A DNA stretch of 48,823 bases from positions 306 through 49,128 of the forward strand of contig JABXKD010000018.1 of assembly GCA_013375475.1 (NCBI GenBank), read 5' to 3'. Shown in pieces: positions 39,328 to 48,823 of the stretch. Position 1 is the first letter of the stretch. Each line of letters opens with the position of its first letter. The notes below the pieces were generated by a model that did no database searches, was not told the origin of the DNA, and saw only the letters and a list, made by a program, of their open reading frames with translations. The position numbers and the translations under genes are program-made. The stretch is from Promethearchaeota archaeon (GTDB lineage Archaea > Asgardarchaeota > Lokiarchaeia > Sigyniarchaeales > SOKP01).

Positions 39328-40119
39328 TTGGATTATGAAGATATAAAATTTGAAAAGAAAAATGGTATTGCTCGTATAACCATCAATCGACCTCAACGTT
39401 ACAATGCTTGTACCCAACAAACAGTGCATGAACTGATTGATGCATTTAATCGGTGTATGGATGATGAAATAGGTGTTGTTGTATTTACTGGCGTTGGAGA
39501 AAAAGCTTTTTGTACTGGTGGTGATCAAACCACTCGTGAGAAGGGAGGTTACAAAGGGGAATATCTACTACCCTTAGAAGTTGGCTGGCAGCACGTCACT
39601 CGTTTGATTCGCACTCTACCTAAACCTGTTATATCCCGAGTAAATGGATATGCAATAGGGGGGGGTCATGTATGGCATGTTGCATCTGATCTCAGTATTG
39701 CAGCAGAGCACGCTCAACTTGGACAAGCTGGCCCACGCGTTGGTTCTTTTGATCCGGGATATGGGACAAGTGATTTAATGCGTGCCGTTGGAATGAAACG
39801 AGCGAAAGAAATTTGGTTTCTTTGTCGCAGATATACAGCTCAACAAGCGTTGGATATGGGTTTGGTAAATGCTGTTGTACCATATGAAAAATTGGATGAA
39901 GAAGTTGAGATTTGGTGTCGAGAAATACTAGAAAAAAGTCCAACAGCACTGAAGATGTTGAAGTTTGCGTTCCTAGCAGAAACAGATGGAACTCATGGTA
40001 TCACACAATTAGGTGTGGGAGGTTTATCTCTCTATTATGGTACTGAAGAGGCGCTGGAAGGAAAAAATGCGTTTGTACAAAAGCGTAAACCAGATTTCAT
40101 GAAATTCCGGAGGAAGTGA
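39328..40119 (+). CDS. Crotonase-family MenB/BadI-like enzyme
   Basis: AFCTGGDQ, GYAIGGGHV, GQAGPRVGSFDPG and LYYGTEEA.EG..AF..KRKP motifs; TTG start. Confidence 0.88.
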   Translation: MDYEDIKFEKKNGIARITINRPQRYNACTQQTVHELIDAFNRCMDDEIGVVVFTGVGEKAFCTGGDQTTREKGGYKGEYLLPLEVGWQHVTRLIRTLPKPVISRVNGYAIGGGHVWHVASDLSIAAEHAQLGQAGPRVGSFDPGYGTSDLMRAVGMKRAKEIWFLCRRYTAQQALDMGLVNAVVPYEKLDEEVEIWCREILEKSPTALKMLKFAFLAETDGTHGITQLGVGGLSLYYGTEEALEGKNAFVQKRKPDFMKFRRK

Positions 40120-40126
40120 GGGAGAT

Positions 40127-40978
40127 TTGGAAATTAAAAATATATGTGTAATAGGTGCCGGAGTCATGGGCTCAGGAATAGCACAATTAGCAGCAACACA
40201 CGGATATCATGTAAATTTAGTTGATGTGAATGAAGAAATATTAGAAAAAGCGAAAGTTACTATGGATAAGAACTTAAATAGATTCTTTGTAGCAAAAGAT
40301 AAAATCACAAATGAAGATGCTCAGAATATTCTTAGTAGAATACAACTGTTTACTAACAGAGATAAAGCGATAAAGGATGCTCACATTGTAATCGAGGCTG
40401 TATACGAAGATATGGCTTTGAAGCAACAACTGTTATCTGATTTAGATAAGAAATGTCATAAAGAAGTTATACTAGCTACTAATACATCTTCTTTAAGTGT
40501 TACAGACATGGCATTGAACTCAAAAAATCAAGAAAGAATTGTCGGTATTCACTTCTTTAACCCCGCTCCAGTTATGAAATTAATTGAGTTAATCAAAGGA
40601 AAAAACACTTCAAAAGAAATACTAGAACGAGCTAAAAAGTTTTCTGAAAGTCTTAATAAAACTATTGTCACTGTGAACGATTCACCTGGATTTATAACAA
40701 CTAGACTTATTTATGTTTTATGTAACGAAGCGATAAACATGAAGCAAGAAGGCATCGCGAGCACAGAAGACATAGATACTGCGGTTAAATTAGCTTTTAA
40801 CTTTCCAATGGGGCCATTAGAACTATCTGATTTAGTGGGTAACGATATTTATCTTCACATAGGGGAATATCTATCTGAGAAATTAGGGCAATATTATCAG
40901 CCGAGTTCTTTATTAGTTGAAATGGTAAAAGATAATCAGATTGGTCGAAAAACAAAAAAGGGATTCTATAATTACTAA
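40127..40978 (+). CDS. 3-hydroxyacyl/3-hydroxybutyryl-CoA dehydrogenase
   Basis: GAGVMGSGIAQ, IEAVYE, TNTSSL, HFFNP and PMGPLEL.D.VG motifs. Confidence 0.95.
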   Translation: MEIKNICVIGAGVMGSGIAQLAATHGYHVNLVDVNEEILEKAKVTMDKNLNRFFVAKDKITNEDAQNILSRIQLFTNRDKAIKDAHIVIEAVYEDMALKQQLLSDLDKKCHKEVILATNTSSLSVTDMALNSKNQERIVGIHFFNPAPVMKLIELIKGKNTSKEILERAKKFSESLNKTIVTVNDSPGFITTRLIYVLCNEAINMKQEGIASTEDIDTAVKLAFNFPMGPLELSDLVGNDIYLHIGEYLSEKLGQYYQPSSLLVEMVKDNQIGRKTKKGFYNY

Positions 40979-41011
40979 TATTTTTAAAAATAGAATAAAA
41001 AAAATTTAGAT

Positions 41012-41257
41012 TTAGAAGGTTCCATAATTCCTGTAGTGAACGTTTCTCTTCGTGGCATCCGGGGAAACTAACTCTTCCAGATATTTTGCATTATACTTAC
41101 CTTTCTTCAGTAATTTTAATAATGCTTTTTTCACTGGTTTCTGTCCTTCCTGTGGTTTCGCTTCTTCAAGCAATTCTTGTCTAACAGGAACTTCCTCTAA
41201 AACTACTACTTCAAATTTTAATTCTGGTTCCTCTTTTCTTACAAGCACTTGCTCCAT
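41012..41257 (-). CDS. Small hypothetical protein
   Basis: ATG preceded by a strong SD (GGAGGTGA); acidic then basic composition. Confidence 0.75.
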   Translation of the reverse strand: MEQVLVRKEEPELKFEVVVLEEVPVRQELLEEAKPQEGQKPVKKALLKLLKKGKYNAKYLEELVSPDATKRNVHYRNYGTF

Positions 41258-41285
41258 ATTATTTTCACCTCCTAATTTATAATTT

Positions 41286-41624
41286 TTATAAGTTTTTCAA
41301 ACTAAACCGGAATTTTTCAGGATTTAAATTATAATATCCTGCTGATTGTTTCCATTTTTTAATCAATCTTCTTTTATCTATCTCTCTCGACTCCGGTATT
41401 TTGAAAGGGGTCTTAATGGGTGCCGGTTCAGACTCCTCTTTAATACTTTCCTTTAAAGCTTGAGATAAAGTTTGTTCCAACTCAAAAATTATTATTTTTT
41501 TACTTTCTGTCAAATTTCGCCACCTCCCCCCGATTTTTTTTCGGGTTTTAGCTAAATAATATTGGGTTTTTGTTACATATTTAGTTTTCATTTGCGAACT
41601 TTGAATAGACTTTTGAATATTCAA
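41286..41624 (-). CDS. Small hypothetical basic protein
   Basis: 112-aa TTG ORF co-oriented with 41012-41257; start uncertain. Confidence 0.6.
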   Translation of the reverse strand: MNIQKSIQSSQMKTKYVTKTQYYLAKTRKKIGGRWRNLTESKKIIIFELEQTLSQALKESIKEESEPAPIKTPFKIPESREIDKRRLIKKWKQSAGYYNLNPEKFRFSLKNL

Positions 41625-41708
41625 TAGACACTAACTTATAGACAGTAAGTTTGAATTATCTAAGAGGAAATAAAGGTTTTTTTTTAGTTTAAAATTTTAT
41701 TTATGGTT

Positions 41709-41882
41709 ATGCCAACAAAAGAAGTAATATGTGAAAATTGTGGAGAAAATCCTAACGATCGACTCTATGATTGTTATGAATGTAGGAATCAAATATGTGA
41801 TAATTGTGCAAACATTTGTAAGCAATGTGACGAAAGTTTCTGTGATGGATGTTATCACGATCATAAAAAAGCTTGTAAATAA
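41709..41882 (+). CDS. Small Cys-rich zinc-finger protein (57 aa), not in ORF track
   Basis: MPTKEVICENCGENPNDRLYDCYECRNQICDNCANICKQCDESFCDGCYHDHKKACK, with five CxxC pairs. Its stop abuts the next ATG. Confidence 0.88.
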   Translation: MPTKEVICENCGENPNDRLYDCYECRNQICDNCANICKQCDESFCDGCYHDHKKACK

Positions 41883-42287
41883 ATGAAAGGAAGTTATATC
41901 GTAGTTATATATCTACCGGAAAATGCTTGTATACAAATAGGGGCATTGGGGGAAATTAGTTTTGATAAAGGGCATTACTTATACATAGGTTCTGCAATGG
42001 CAAAAATTGGTCCTAATACTTTAGAAAATAGAATTAGAAGACATGTTTCTGAACACAATAACAAAAAACTCTTTTGGCACATTGACTATTTATTAGCTAG
42101 TAAAATCTCCTTAGTAACCATGATATATTTAATACCCACTATATTCCGGCTGGAATGTATTATTTCTAAAGAAATTTCAGAAGTATCAGATAATCACATT
42201 AAAGATTTTGGTTCGAGTGATTGCTTTTGCCCAAGTCATCTTTATTATTTCAAAGATTTCCAGGGAATAGAAGATTTTTCTAATTAA
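41883..42287 (+). CDS. GIY-YIG nuclease family protein (DUF123-like)
   Basis: KGSY, YLYIGSA, RIRRH, WHIDYLL and FGSSDC.C.SHL motifs. Confidence 0.92.
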   Translation: MKGSYIVVIYLPENACIQIGALGEISFDKGHYLYIGSAMAKIGPNTLENRIRRHVSEHNNKKLFWHIDYLLASKISLVTMIYLIPTIFRLECIISKEISEVSDNHIKDFGSSDCFCPSHLYYFKDFQGIEDFSN

Positions 42288-42696
42288 CTTTATTTCTATC
42301 AATTACTTTTAGTTCCATTATAATCCTTCCCCAACCTCCGCATTCTAATCCAATATCAGTACAGCCAACTCTTTTAAAACGCATTTCGTTTGGATCCACT
42401 CCAGCATACATCAATTCGATTGCAGAGTTAATCAATGTATCTAGAACCGATAAAGCGTACATACATATTCTTTTGGGGCTTAACTTCGTAAGTAAGTTCC
42501 CCGAACCATCAAAATAAATCTTATCTCCTATTTTATGTTGACTACTACATCCTTTCGATTCGATTACTTCAATGACTATGGTTTTTTTTAACAATGGTAA
42601 CGATTTGGTAAGTATTTCGATATTCTTGGGGTTATCAAGAAATATTTTTAATTCTTCGTCGTTATACTCTAACCGCTCTTTAATATTTTTTTTCAT
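42280..42696 (-). CDS. Hypothetical Cys-containing protein (TIGR04076-like)
   Basis: EVIESKGC...H..GD, ICMYAL and CTD.G..CGGWG motifs. A possible ACG start lies at 42714. Confidence 0.7.
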   Translation of the reverse strand: MKKNIKERLEYNDEELKIFLDNPKNIEILTKSLPLLKKTIVIEVIESKGCSSQHKIGDKIYFDGSGNLLTKLSPKRICMYALSVLDTLINSAIELMYAGVDPNEMRFKRVGCTDIGLECGGWGRIIMELKVIDRNKVN

Positions 42697-42753
42697 TTCT
42701 TCGCTTAATTTCGTAGAATTTCATCTCCATTTTTAATATGAGCTTAGAAGCTT

Positions 42754-43272
42754 TTATATAATAAAAATAGATGCTTCGAGAAATATTAAACTTATGGATA
42801 AAACACAGATTAAAAAAATTTCAATAAATACTCCAGATCGTTTATATATTCTTCTGGGAAGCCAGAAAAATAGCTTATCTCTTACCCAATCAACGATACG
42901 ATGGAAGTAATATTTATCACCCCATTTAGATTCCGGATTTTTTTTTCTTATTTTCTTTTGAATAGGTCTTAAAGTGAACCAATCCCAAAGATCCATGATA
43001 TTGGCAAATAACATGCTTAACCAATAAGGAATAAAGAAAATTACTATTGAGAATAAAGATACTCCGTATATGAAGTAATGCCAAATGAGCCAAAATTTAT
43101 CCTCTTTTTGAGGATCAGGTGTATGGTAGGTTATGACAGCAAAATCATCAACAATTATATGTGATATAAATGCAAAAATAATTGTAAATATAAGATTCCA
43201 AGGGTATATCAAGAAATTAAAGCATAGGATTTGAATAACTACTGCAACGAGGTTATGGGTTATCGTTTCCAA
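42754..43272 (-). CDS. Small membrane protein with putative metal-binding His/Asp motifs
   Basis: ITH, SHIIVD, TYH, ANIMD and FH motifs within TM segments. Confidence 0.7.
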   Translation of the reverse strand: METITHNLVAVVIQILCFNFLIYPWNLIFTIIFAFISHIIVDDFAVITYHTPDPQKEDKFWLIWHYFIYGVSLFSIVIFFIPYWLSMLFANIMDLWDWFTLRPIQKKIRKKNPESKWGDKYYFHRIVDWVRDKLFFWLPRRIYKRSGVFIEIFLICVLSISLIFLEASIFII

Positions 43273-43408
43273 TTAATTCCTCTCCTTTTCGCGGACTATA
43301 ATATAATTAGTATGTAATTGAATTATCTCAAATTCTTAAGATTTTTTAACTTTGTAATTGATTTTATCATACTAAAATTCAAACTTAAAATTTTGTAAGT
43401 GATAAAAA

Positions 43409-44353
43409 ATGGGAATGTTAGATGGTAAGGTTGCCATTATAACTGGCGCTGGTCGAGGTTTAGGAAGAGAAGAAGCGTTATTAATGGCAAAAGAAGGATG
43501 CGATTTAGTGATAAACGATCTAGGTGCCGGATTTGATGGAAAAGGAGCAGAAGCTAATATAGCTGACATCGTTGCTGAAGAATGTAAAAAAATTGGTGTT
43601 AAAGCAGTTGGTAACTACGACTCCGTTACCGATTTTAACAAAGCAAAGGGAATGATAGATCAAGCAATTTCCGAGTTTGGAAAGTTAGATATCGTTGTGA
43701 ACAATGCTGGTATCCTAAGAGATCGTATGCTCTTTAACATGTCTGAAGAAGAATTTGATGGAGTAATTGCTGTCCATTTAAAGGGAACCTTTAACATGAC
43801 TCGTCATGTAGCCGCTTATTTTAGAGAGTCTGGAAAAGCAGATCCGGATTTGAAAAACTTTGGTCGAATTATCAATACCGCTTCTGATGCGGGATTATTA
43901 GGTAACATGGGCCAAACTAATTACGGTGCTGCAAAAGCAGGAATTGCCGCTCTTACCGTAATTGCTTCAATGGAACTAAAAAAATATGCCACAGTTAATT
44001 GTATTGTTCCAGTTGCTAGAACACGTCTCACAACTGATGCGACTCCAAACATGGTTGAAATAATGAATAAATTGGATAGTGCTGGGTTTGATGTGTTTGA
44101 TCCTGCGAATGTTGCTCCTATGGTTGCGTTCTTAGCTTCGGATCGCGCTAAAAAAATTAATGGTGAAGTATTTCGCGTAGTAGCAGATAGAGTTTTTATT
44201 TTTCAAGGTTGGCATACTTACAACGAAATTGATAATGGAGGTAAACCTTTTACACCACAAATTCTTGCTGAAAGAGTTAAATCAGAATTGATGAAAGGTG
44301 CTCCAAGGAAAGAAACTTTAATGGATGCAATTGGTTCGTTAATAAAAATGTAG
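43409..44353 (+). CDS. SDR oxidoreductase, hydroxyacyl-CoA dehydrogenase-like (MFE-2/HSD17B4-type)
   Basis: TGAGRGLG, INDLG, NNAGILRD, VHLKG, GQTNYGAAK and ARTRLT motifs. Confidence 0.93.
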   Translation: MGMLDGKVAIITGAGRGLGREEALLMAKEGCDLVINDLGAGFDGKGAEANIADIVAEECKKIGVKAVGNYDSVTDFNKAKGMIDQAISEFGKLDIVVNNAGILRDRMLFNMSEEEFDGVIAVHLKGTFNMTRHVAAYFRESGKADPDLKNFGRIINTASDAGLLGNMGQTNYGAAKAGIAALTVIASMELKKYATVNCIVPVARTRLTTDATPNMVEIMNKLDSAGFDVFDPANVAPMVAFLASDRAKKINGEVFRVVADRVFIFQGWHTYNEIDNGGKPFTPQILAERVKSELMKGAPRKETLMDAIGSLIKM

Positions 44354-44381
44354 TTAAATATTCCTTCTATTTTTTTTTAAT

Positions 44382-44678
44382 CTATTTTCTTTTTATTAAG
44401 CATTCTAACTTGCAAATGATTTCTTGAAATATTTGATAGATTAATATTACAACTTTATCAAAATCCTTATCGGATAATTCCGTGTCATTATTTTTTAAAG
44501 TATTCAGTAGGTAATCTAGCTTATTTAAAGCGATTTCTATACTATCAGTCTCTTCATTTACAGTTAATTTCTTCAAATGACTCTTTAAGAAAATAATCTC
44601 GCTAAGAAGTAAGTTCACTAACTTTTCTCTTCTTGGTTCAAATAAGTCCGAATACTGCCATTTTAATACTTTACTCAT
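44382..44678 (-). CDS. Hypothetical helical protein
   Basis: 98-aa ATG ORF with a GTGGTGG SD-like motif. Confidence 0.6.
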   Translation of the reverse strand: MSKVLKWQYSDLFEPRREKLVNLLLSEIIFLKSHLKKLTVNEETDSIEIALNKLDYLLNTLKNNDTELSDKDFDKVVILIYQIFQEIICKLECLIKRK

Positions 44679-44808
44679 ATGTTTTCCACCACTTTCATTA
44701 TTCTTACTAAAATAAGTGGGATATGATATTAATCTCTTAGAGAGTCCAATTTTTATTCGGACATTTCGCTAGTTCAAAGGAAAAAAAAAGTTAGAATTCC
44801 CAAAAACT

Positions 44809-46236
44809 TTAGTTTTTCAACCTGTGGTGGGGTGGTTTTAACCCTTCGGGAAGTGGAGATTTATATGGTTTATCTTTATGTGAGCCATCGTGTTCTTTCT
44901 TCGCTTTTTCTACTAATTCAGGATTTTTCATGAAATCGAGAGCAGAAATTGCTAGTATTTTTGCTGCGGTTAACATTCCTTTATGACCAATACTCATTCC
45001 CGATGTTACTACATTTTGCCATGAATGTCCTGGAGAACCCATAACTTCGCAAGCCGTTCCAAACTCTCCAAGTGGTATTTTCCAAGAAACATCGGCAACA
45101 TCGGTGCTTCCGGGCATCACTTTGCCTTTTCCCATAGGAGGGATTATTAATTTATTGAGAGGCTGGTTAAGAATCACCTTTGCCAACTCCAACTTATCGG
45201 GAGGGATTAACTTGTAATAATCTTCAATAGAATTTTTTGGAAACGATTTTTTAAGTTCTTTTGCAAAGGCTATATCGTCCTTATTAAATCTTGGAGCACC
45301 AACTTTTTGCATCGCATTAGAAATTACATCAGAAACTATATTTGTATACATTGTATTATACATACCACTTATAAAGCTGATTTCCATTGTGGTATCAGTC
45401 ATTAAGGATGCTCCTTTTGCTACATTTACTAGTCTATCGTATAGTTCTTCCACTTGGTGTCGTTGTGGAGCACGCACAAAATAATGAACTTCTGCTTCGG
45501 CCGGAACCACATTTGGAACGTCTCCCCCATTAGTTATAACGTAATGTAGTCTTGCGTCAGATATCATATGTTCCCTCATGAAATTTGCCCCAATATTCAT
45601 CAACTCAACCGCGTCTAAAGCACTCCTCCCATTTTGAGGGTCTCCAGCTGCATGGGCTGTAAGTCCATGGAATTTAAATTTTACAGAATTCATAGCTAAA
45701 GAACTCATCAAATTTAACATGTTGAAATTTCCTGGATGCCAAGTCAATCCTATATCTACATCGTCGAACAATCCTTCGCGTATCATATATCCCTTTGTGT
45801 TAAACATTTCCTCAGCAGGGCAACCGTAAAACCGAATTGTTCCATTAACATTACCCATATCAATAGCTTCTTTAACTGCTAATACCGTTCCTAAAGAAGC
45901 CACGCCTAAGAGGTTGTGACCGCAACCATGACCCGGTGCCCCTTCATTTAACACCTCTCTAAAAGGCTTGATTTTCTGGCTAAGACCTGGGAGAGCGTCA
46001 TATTCACCTAATATCCCTATAACAGGCTTTCCTTTTCCATAGTCAGCGTAAAAAGCTGTAGGCATATCTGCAACATTCGATTTTACCGAAAAACCAGCAT
46101 CATTTAGAGTTTTTATCAATAATTTTGACGATTTGAATTCTTCAAATCCTAATTCAGCGAATTCCCAAATCTGATCACTCGCATCAATTAATAGATCTTG
46201 GTTTGTCTTAACACTTTTAATTGCTTGTTTAAACAT
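44809..46236 (-). CDS. M20 amidohydrolase, AbgB-like (p-aminobenzoyl-glutamate hydrolase subunit B family)
   Basis: EYDALPG, GHGCGHNLLG, GCPAEE, WHP, GRSALDA, GSTDVADVSW and HSWQ motifs. Confidence 0.92.
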   Translation of the reverse strand: MFKQAIKSVKTNQDLLIDASDQIWEFAELGFEEFKSSKLLIKTLNDAGFSVKSNVADMPTAFYADYGKGKPVIGILGEYDALPGLSQKIKPFREVLNEGAPGHGCGHNLLGVASLGTVLAVKEAIDMGNVNGTIRFYGCPAEEMFNTKGYMIREGLFDDVDIGLTWHPGNFNMLNLMSSLAMNSVKFKFHGLTAHAAGDPQNGRSALDAVELMNIGANFMREHMISDARLHYVITNGGDVPNVVPAEAEVHYFVRAPQRHQVEELYDRLVNVAKGASLMTDTTMEISFISGMYNTMYTNIVSDVISNAMQKVGAPRFNKDDIAFAKELKKSFPKNSIEDYYKLIPPDKLELAKVILNQPLNKLIIPPMGKGKVMPGSTDVADVSWKIPLGEFGTACEVMGSPGHSWQNVVTSGMSIGHKGMLTAAKILAISALDFMKNPELVEKAKKEHDGSHKDKPYKSPLPEGLKPPHHRLKN

Positions 46237-46313
46237 ATTAAGCTAAATGTTGGGGTGTTAATATTTTTTATTTTGAATTTCTCTTAAAATCCTGCTATCA
46301 AAAAAAAGCGAAA

Positions 46314-47309
46314 TTAAAGGATATCACCATCTTTTAGTAAGATCTTTGATGAACCATCCTTGTAAGTAACTTTCATTGTTGGTTTATAGAATAAGAAATC
46401 TCTATGGGTTTTTGATTTGTTCTGCCCCCCAACCATATCTTCATTATTCCCAAAAGCTACATGGGCCGTTTGAAGGGCTTTTTCATCCTCGAGCATATTT
46501 CCGCTCAATTTGGCACCAGGGTTAAATCCTATTCCTAATTCTCCAACGATTCTTGCTTCTTCATCTATGTTGATTAATTTCTCAACTTCATCTACTAGTT
46601 TTTGATCGTCACTTTCTAGATTGATAATTTTACCTTTCTCTAAAAAAATCTTCAATGGTTTACTTACTTTACCTATATCTCCAATGGACCCATCACATAC
46701 TATTAACCCATCACCCTCAGTTTCTACTGGACCGCACCATATTTCACCACATGGTATATTAGCTATATGGGATGCGTCAATAAGTTTAACATCCGTTGAA
46801 AATCCTCGATCTTCGATATATAAAATAATATCGGTTCCTCCCGGTGCTGTAATGTGTACTTGTTTAGCGTTATCAAAACTGTTTATCATCTTATTTGCTG
46901 AAATTGCCATTTTTTCGTAGTCTATGTTCATTGGACCTTCAATCATCATCGATTTAGTAATCCCAGGACAATGACCTACACGAGTTGATTTTGTAGCAAG
47001 AACAACGTCCATCCATTTAATACGAAAAGGTGTTTCCTCGCTAAAACCTTTAATTGCATTAATAACTACCGTTTTTCCATCTACAAGCGAACTTAATTCG
47101 GAGGGTACTTTTAATAATGGTCGATCTTTTTCAGGTAAAAAATATATATGAGCTTTACACCCATATTCAATAGCGGCGGTGTAAAACGCCTCACCCTCTT
47201 TTTTAGTATGTTTGTCAGTTACCACTAAAACTACATCTTCTTGAATCAAATTTAATACGTGAATCATTGCGTTTTGAGCAGAACTTTTCATTTTTTCGAA
47301 TTCGTTCAT
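46314..47309 (-). CDS. M29-like (thermophilic metalloprotease) aminopeptidase
   Basis: GGTD, NIPCGE, ELGIGFNP, EDEK..TAHVAFG and HRD motifs. ATG at 47309 follows GAGG. Confidence 0.9.
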   Translation of the reverse strand: MNEFEKMKSSAQNAMIHVLNLIQEDVVLVVTDKHTKKEGEAFYTAAIEYGCKAHIYFLPEKDRPLLKVPSELSSLVDGKTVVINAIKGFSEETPFRIKWMDVVLATKSTRVGHCPGITKSMMIEGPMNIDYEKMAISANKMINSFDNAKQVHITAPGGTDIILYIEDRGFSTDVKLIDASHIANIPCGEIWCGPVETEGDGLIVCDGSIGDIGKVSKPLKIFLEKGKIINLESDDQKLVDEVEKLINIDEEARIVGELGIGFNPGAKLSGNMLEDEKALQTAHVAFGNNEDMVGGQNKSKTHRDFLFYKPTMKVTYKDGSSKILLKDGDIL

Positions 47310-47531
47310 TGTAGCGTCCTCTACTATTGTATTGTTTAAATTTTTAATTTGAATTATCAAAATGAATGTTTATTAATATTCTTTTTTTTAGAGTAGAAAA
47401 TATCATTTGCAAAATTTTACTCTACTTTTTACACTTAAATAGGATGAAACCATAAAGATCAATTAAAATACTTTATAATATCAAATCTTAAACAACTATA
47501 TGAAAAAAGTTGACTAAACATTAGTGATGAG

Positions 47532-48560
47532 ATATTAACTGTTAACGAAACTCAAGCGGAACGAAAAAGGCATTATTGGATCGACCACGCAAGGGGTATC
47601 ATAATGATTTTCCTTGTAATTACGGAATTTCTACCTGCTTTTATTAGGGTAGGATCCGAAATCGGGCATTTCTTTCTTGCTCACCCTTACAATGAAAAAA
47701 TTGTAGAATACATGAATTTTTACGATATTGGTGCTCCTGTTTTTATTTTTATAATGGGGTTACTTATGCCATTATCTTTTTCACGTAGAAAAGAAAGAGA
47801 TGGAGTAAAAAAGGCAGTTAGCCACATGATTATACGTTATGGGATAATTTTAATTCTTGGTTTTATCGTGATTTTCATTGATCAAGGTGAAATTATTAAG
47901 ATGGAAGGAGATGTTCTTATAATTTATTGGGATGTTCTTCCAACTCTGGGATTCGTCGGATTATTGGCTTTACCATTATTATGGCTAAAACCTAAGCCCC
48001 GTGCACTTGTAGCTACAGTTATGCTGGTCTTTTACCAATTTATGCTTCTATATGGTGGTTGGCGAGAATATGCGATTTTATCTATCCATGGCGGTATTTT
48101 CGGAACCATTTTTGGCTTCTCCGCGATGATGATTTACGCGACATGCTTAGGGGACGTAATGCTACTAAATAAAGAATATACGGATAAAAAGAAGTATCAA
48201 ATTTACGCAATTGTTGGTGCGATAGCTTTAATAGGTGGACTTCTGCTTTGGTTGGTGCCTGGGTGGTATCCAAATAAGCGTCAAGTAACATTGACGTATA
48301 TATCAATCAGCTTGGGGGCCTCTATTCTATTGTCATTTATTTTCATAGGCATTGATAAGAAAGTTCAGAAACCGATATTCATTCTAGACAGTTATGGAAA
48401 ATCTCCATTTATAATTTACGCGATAGCGATCGTACTAGAATTTTTAATAGCAGATATTATTGGCTTAGAGATGGATATTCTAATTTTCATTGTAATGGTT
48501 ATCGTAATGACCGTCATTGCGATAATTCTTGACAAATGGGGCAAAGTTATAAAGCTTTAA
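47532..48560 (+). CDS. Membrane acyltransferase, HGSNAT/DUF1624-like
   Basis: RHYWIDHARG motif lies in frame upstream of the first ATG (47604). Also DIGAPVFIFIMG, DVL and PNKR motifs. Exact start uncertain. Confidence 0.78.
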   Translation: MLTVNETQAERKRHYWIDHARGIIMIFLVITEFLPAFIRVGSEIGHFFLAHPYNEKIVEYMNFYDIGAPVFIFIMGLLMPLSFSRRKERDGVKKAVSHMIIRYGIILILGFIVIFIDQGEIIKMEGDVLIIYWDVLPTLGFVGLLALPLLWLKPKPRALVATVMLVFYQFMLLYGGWREYAILSIHGGIFGTIFGFSAMMIYATCLGDVMLLNKEYTDKKKYQIYAIVGAIALIGGLLLWLVPGWYPNKRQVTLTYISISLGASILLSFIFIGIDKKVQKPIFILDSYGKSPFIIYAIAIVLEFLIADIIGLEMDILIFIVMVIVMTVIAIILDKWGKVIKL

Positions 48561-48823
48561 CTTAATTTTTTTTATATAAAAATTGGGTTATAACCGTAAT
48601 TTTAAAAAATTTTTCCCAAAATCAGATACAACTATTTTTTTTTTGTAATTTAAAAATTAACTTTGTTTTTATGTGAGATTTTTTTATGTCAAATAGGTCC
48701 GTTTATGAAACATATTATTCAAGATTATATGATACAATCCAAAAATATGTCAAAAATTTAATCTTAAGATTTTGAACTTTATTTCCGATAGTTTCGCGAA
48801 TTTCTTTCTTAGTAGGAAAATTT

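Noticed and set aside
3378-48306. Other short ORFs antisense to or nested in long genes (e.g. 3378, 5175, 12358, 13562, 19532, 34379, 37072, 46621, 48082)
   Set aside because: They overlap well-supported genes and show no motifs.
1-48823. CRISPR array, transposase or integrase
   Set aside because: No regularly spaced repeats or recognisable recombinase/transposase motifs were seen.

Overview
AT-rich archaeal chromosomal segment, most consistent with an Asgard archaeon of the Lokiarchaeia type. This is an inference from an EF-2 paralog without the diphthamide motif, aCPSF1, archaeal-type tRNAs, a multi-PAS protein and many lineage-style membrane proteins. The window holds about 43 protein genes, tRNA-Gly(CCC), tRNA-Gln(CTG) and one flavodoxin pseudogene; I saw no transposase or CRISPR array. 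Main signals missed by the ORF track: (1) a box C/D-like RNA (4558-4663, minus strand) whose D guide reads as the complement of a tRNA-Leu(CAA) anticodon loop, predicting Cm34; (2) a 147-nt structured RNA candidate with its own TATA box, U-tract end and two AAAACCCCGU motifs (10534-10680, minus), downstream of tRNA-Gln and a duplicated tRNA 3' end; (3) a Zn-finger / UFL1-DDRGK1-like winged-helix repeat / adaptin-COP appendage-like multidomain protein (13552-15924); (4) tandem coiled-coil paralogs with conserved head and tail, one apparently starting at ATT, plus other genes that seem to need non-canonical starts; (5) an unannotated 57-aa, 11-Cys zinc-finger ORF. All family calls come from motif recognition by eye; no searches were run.
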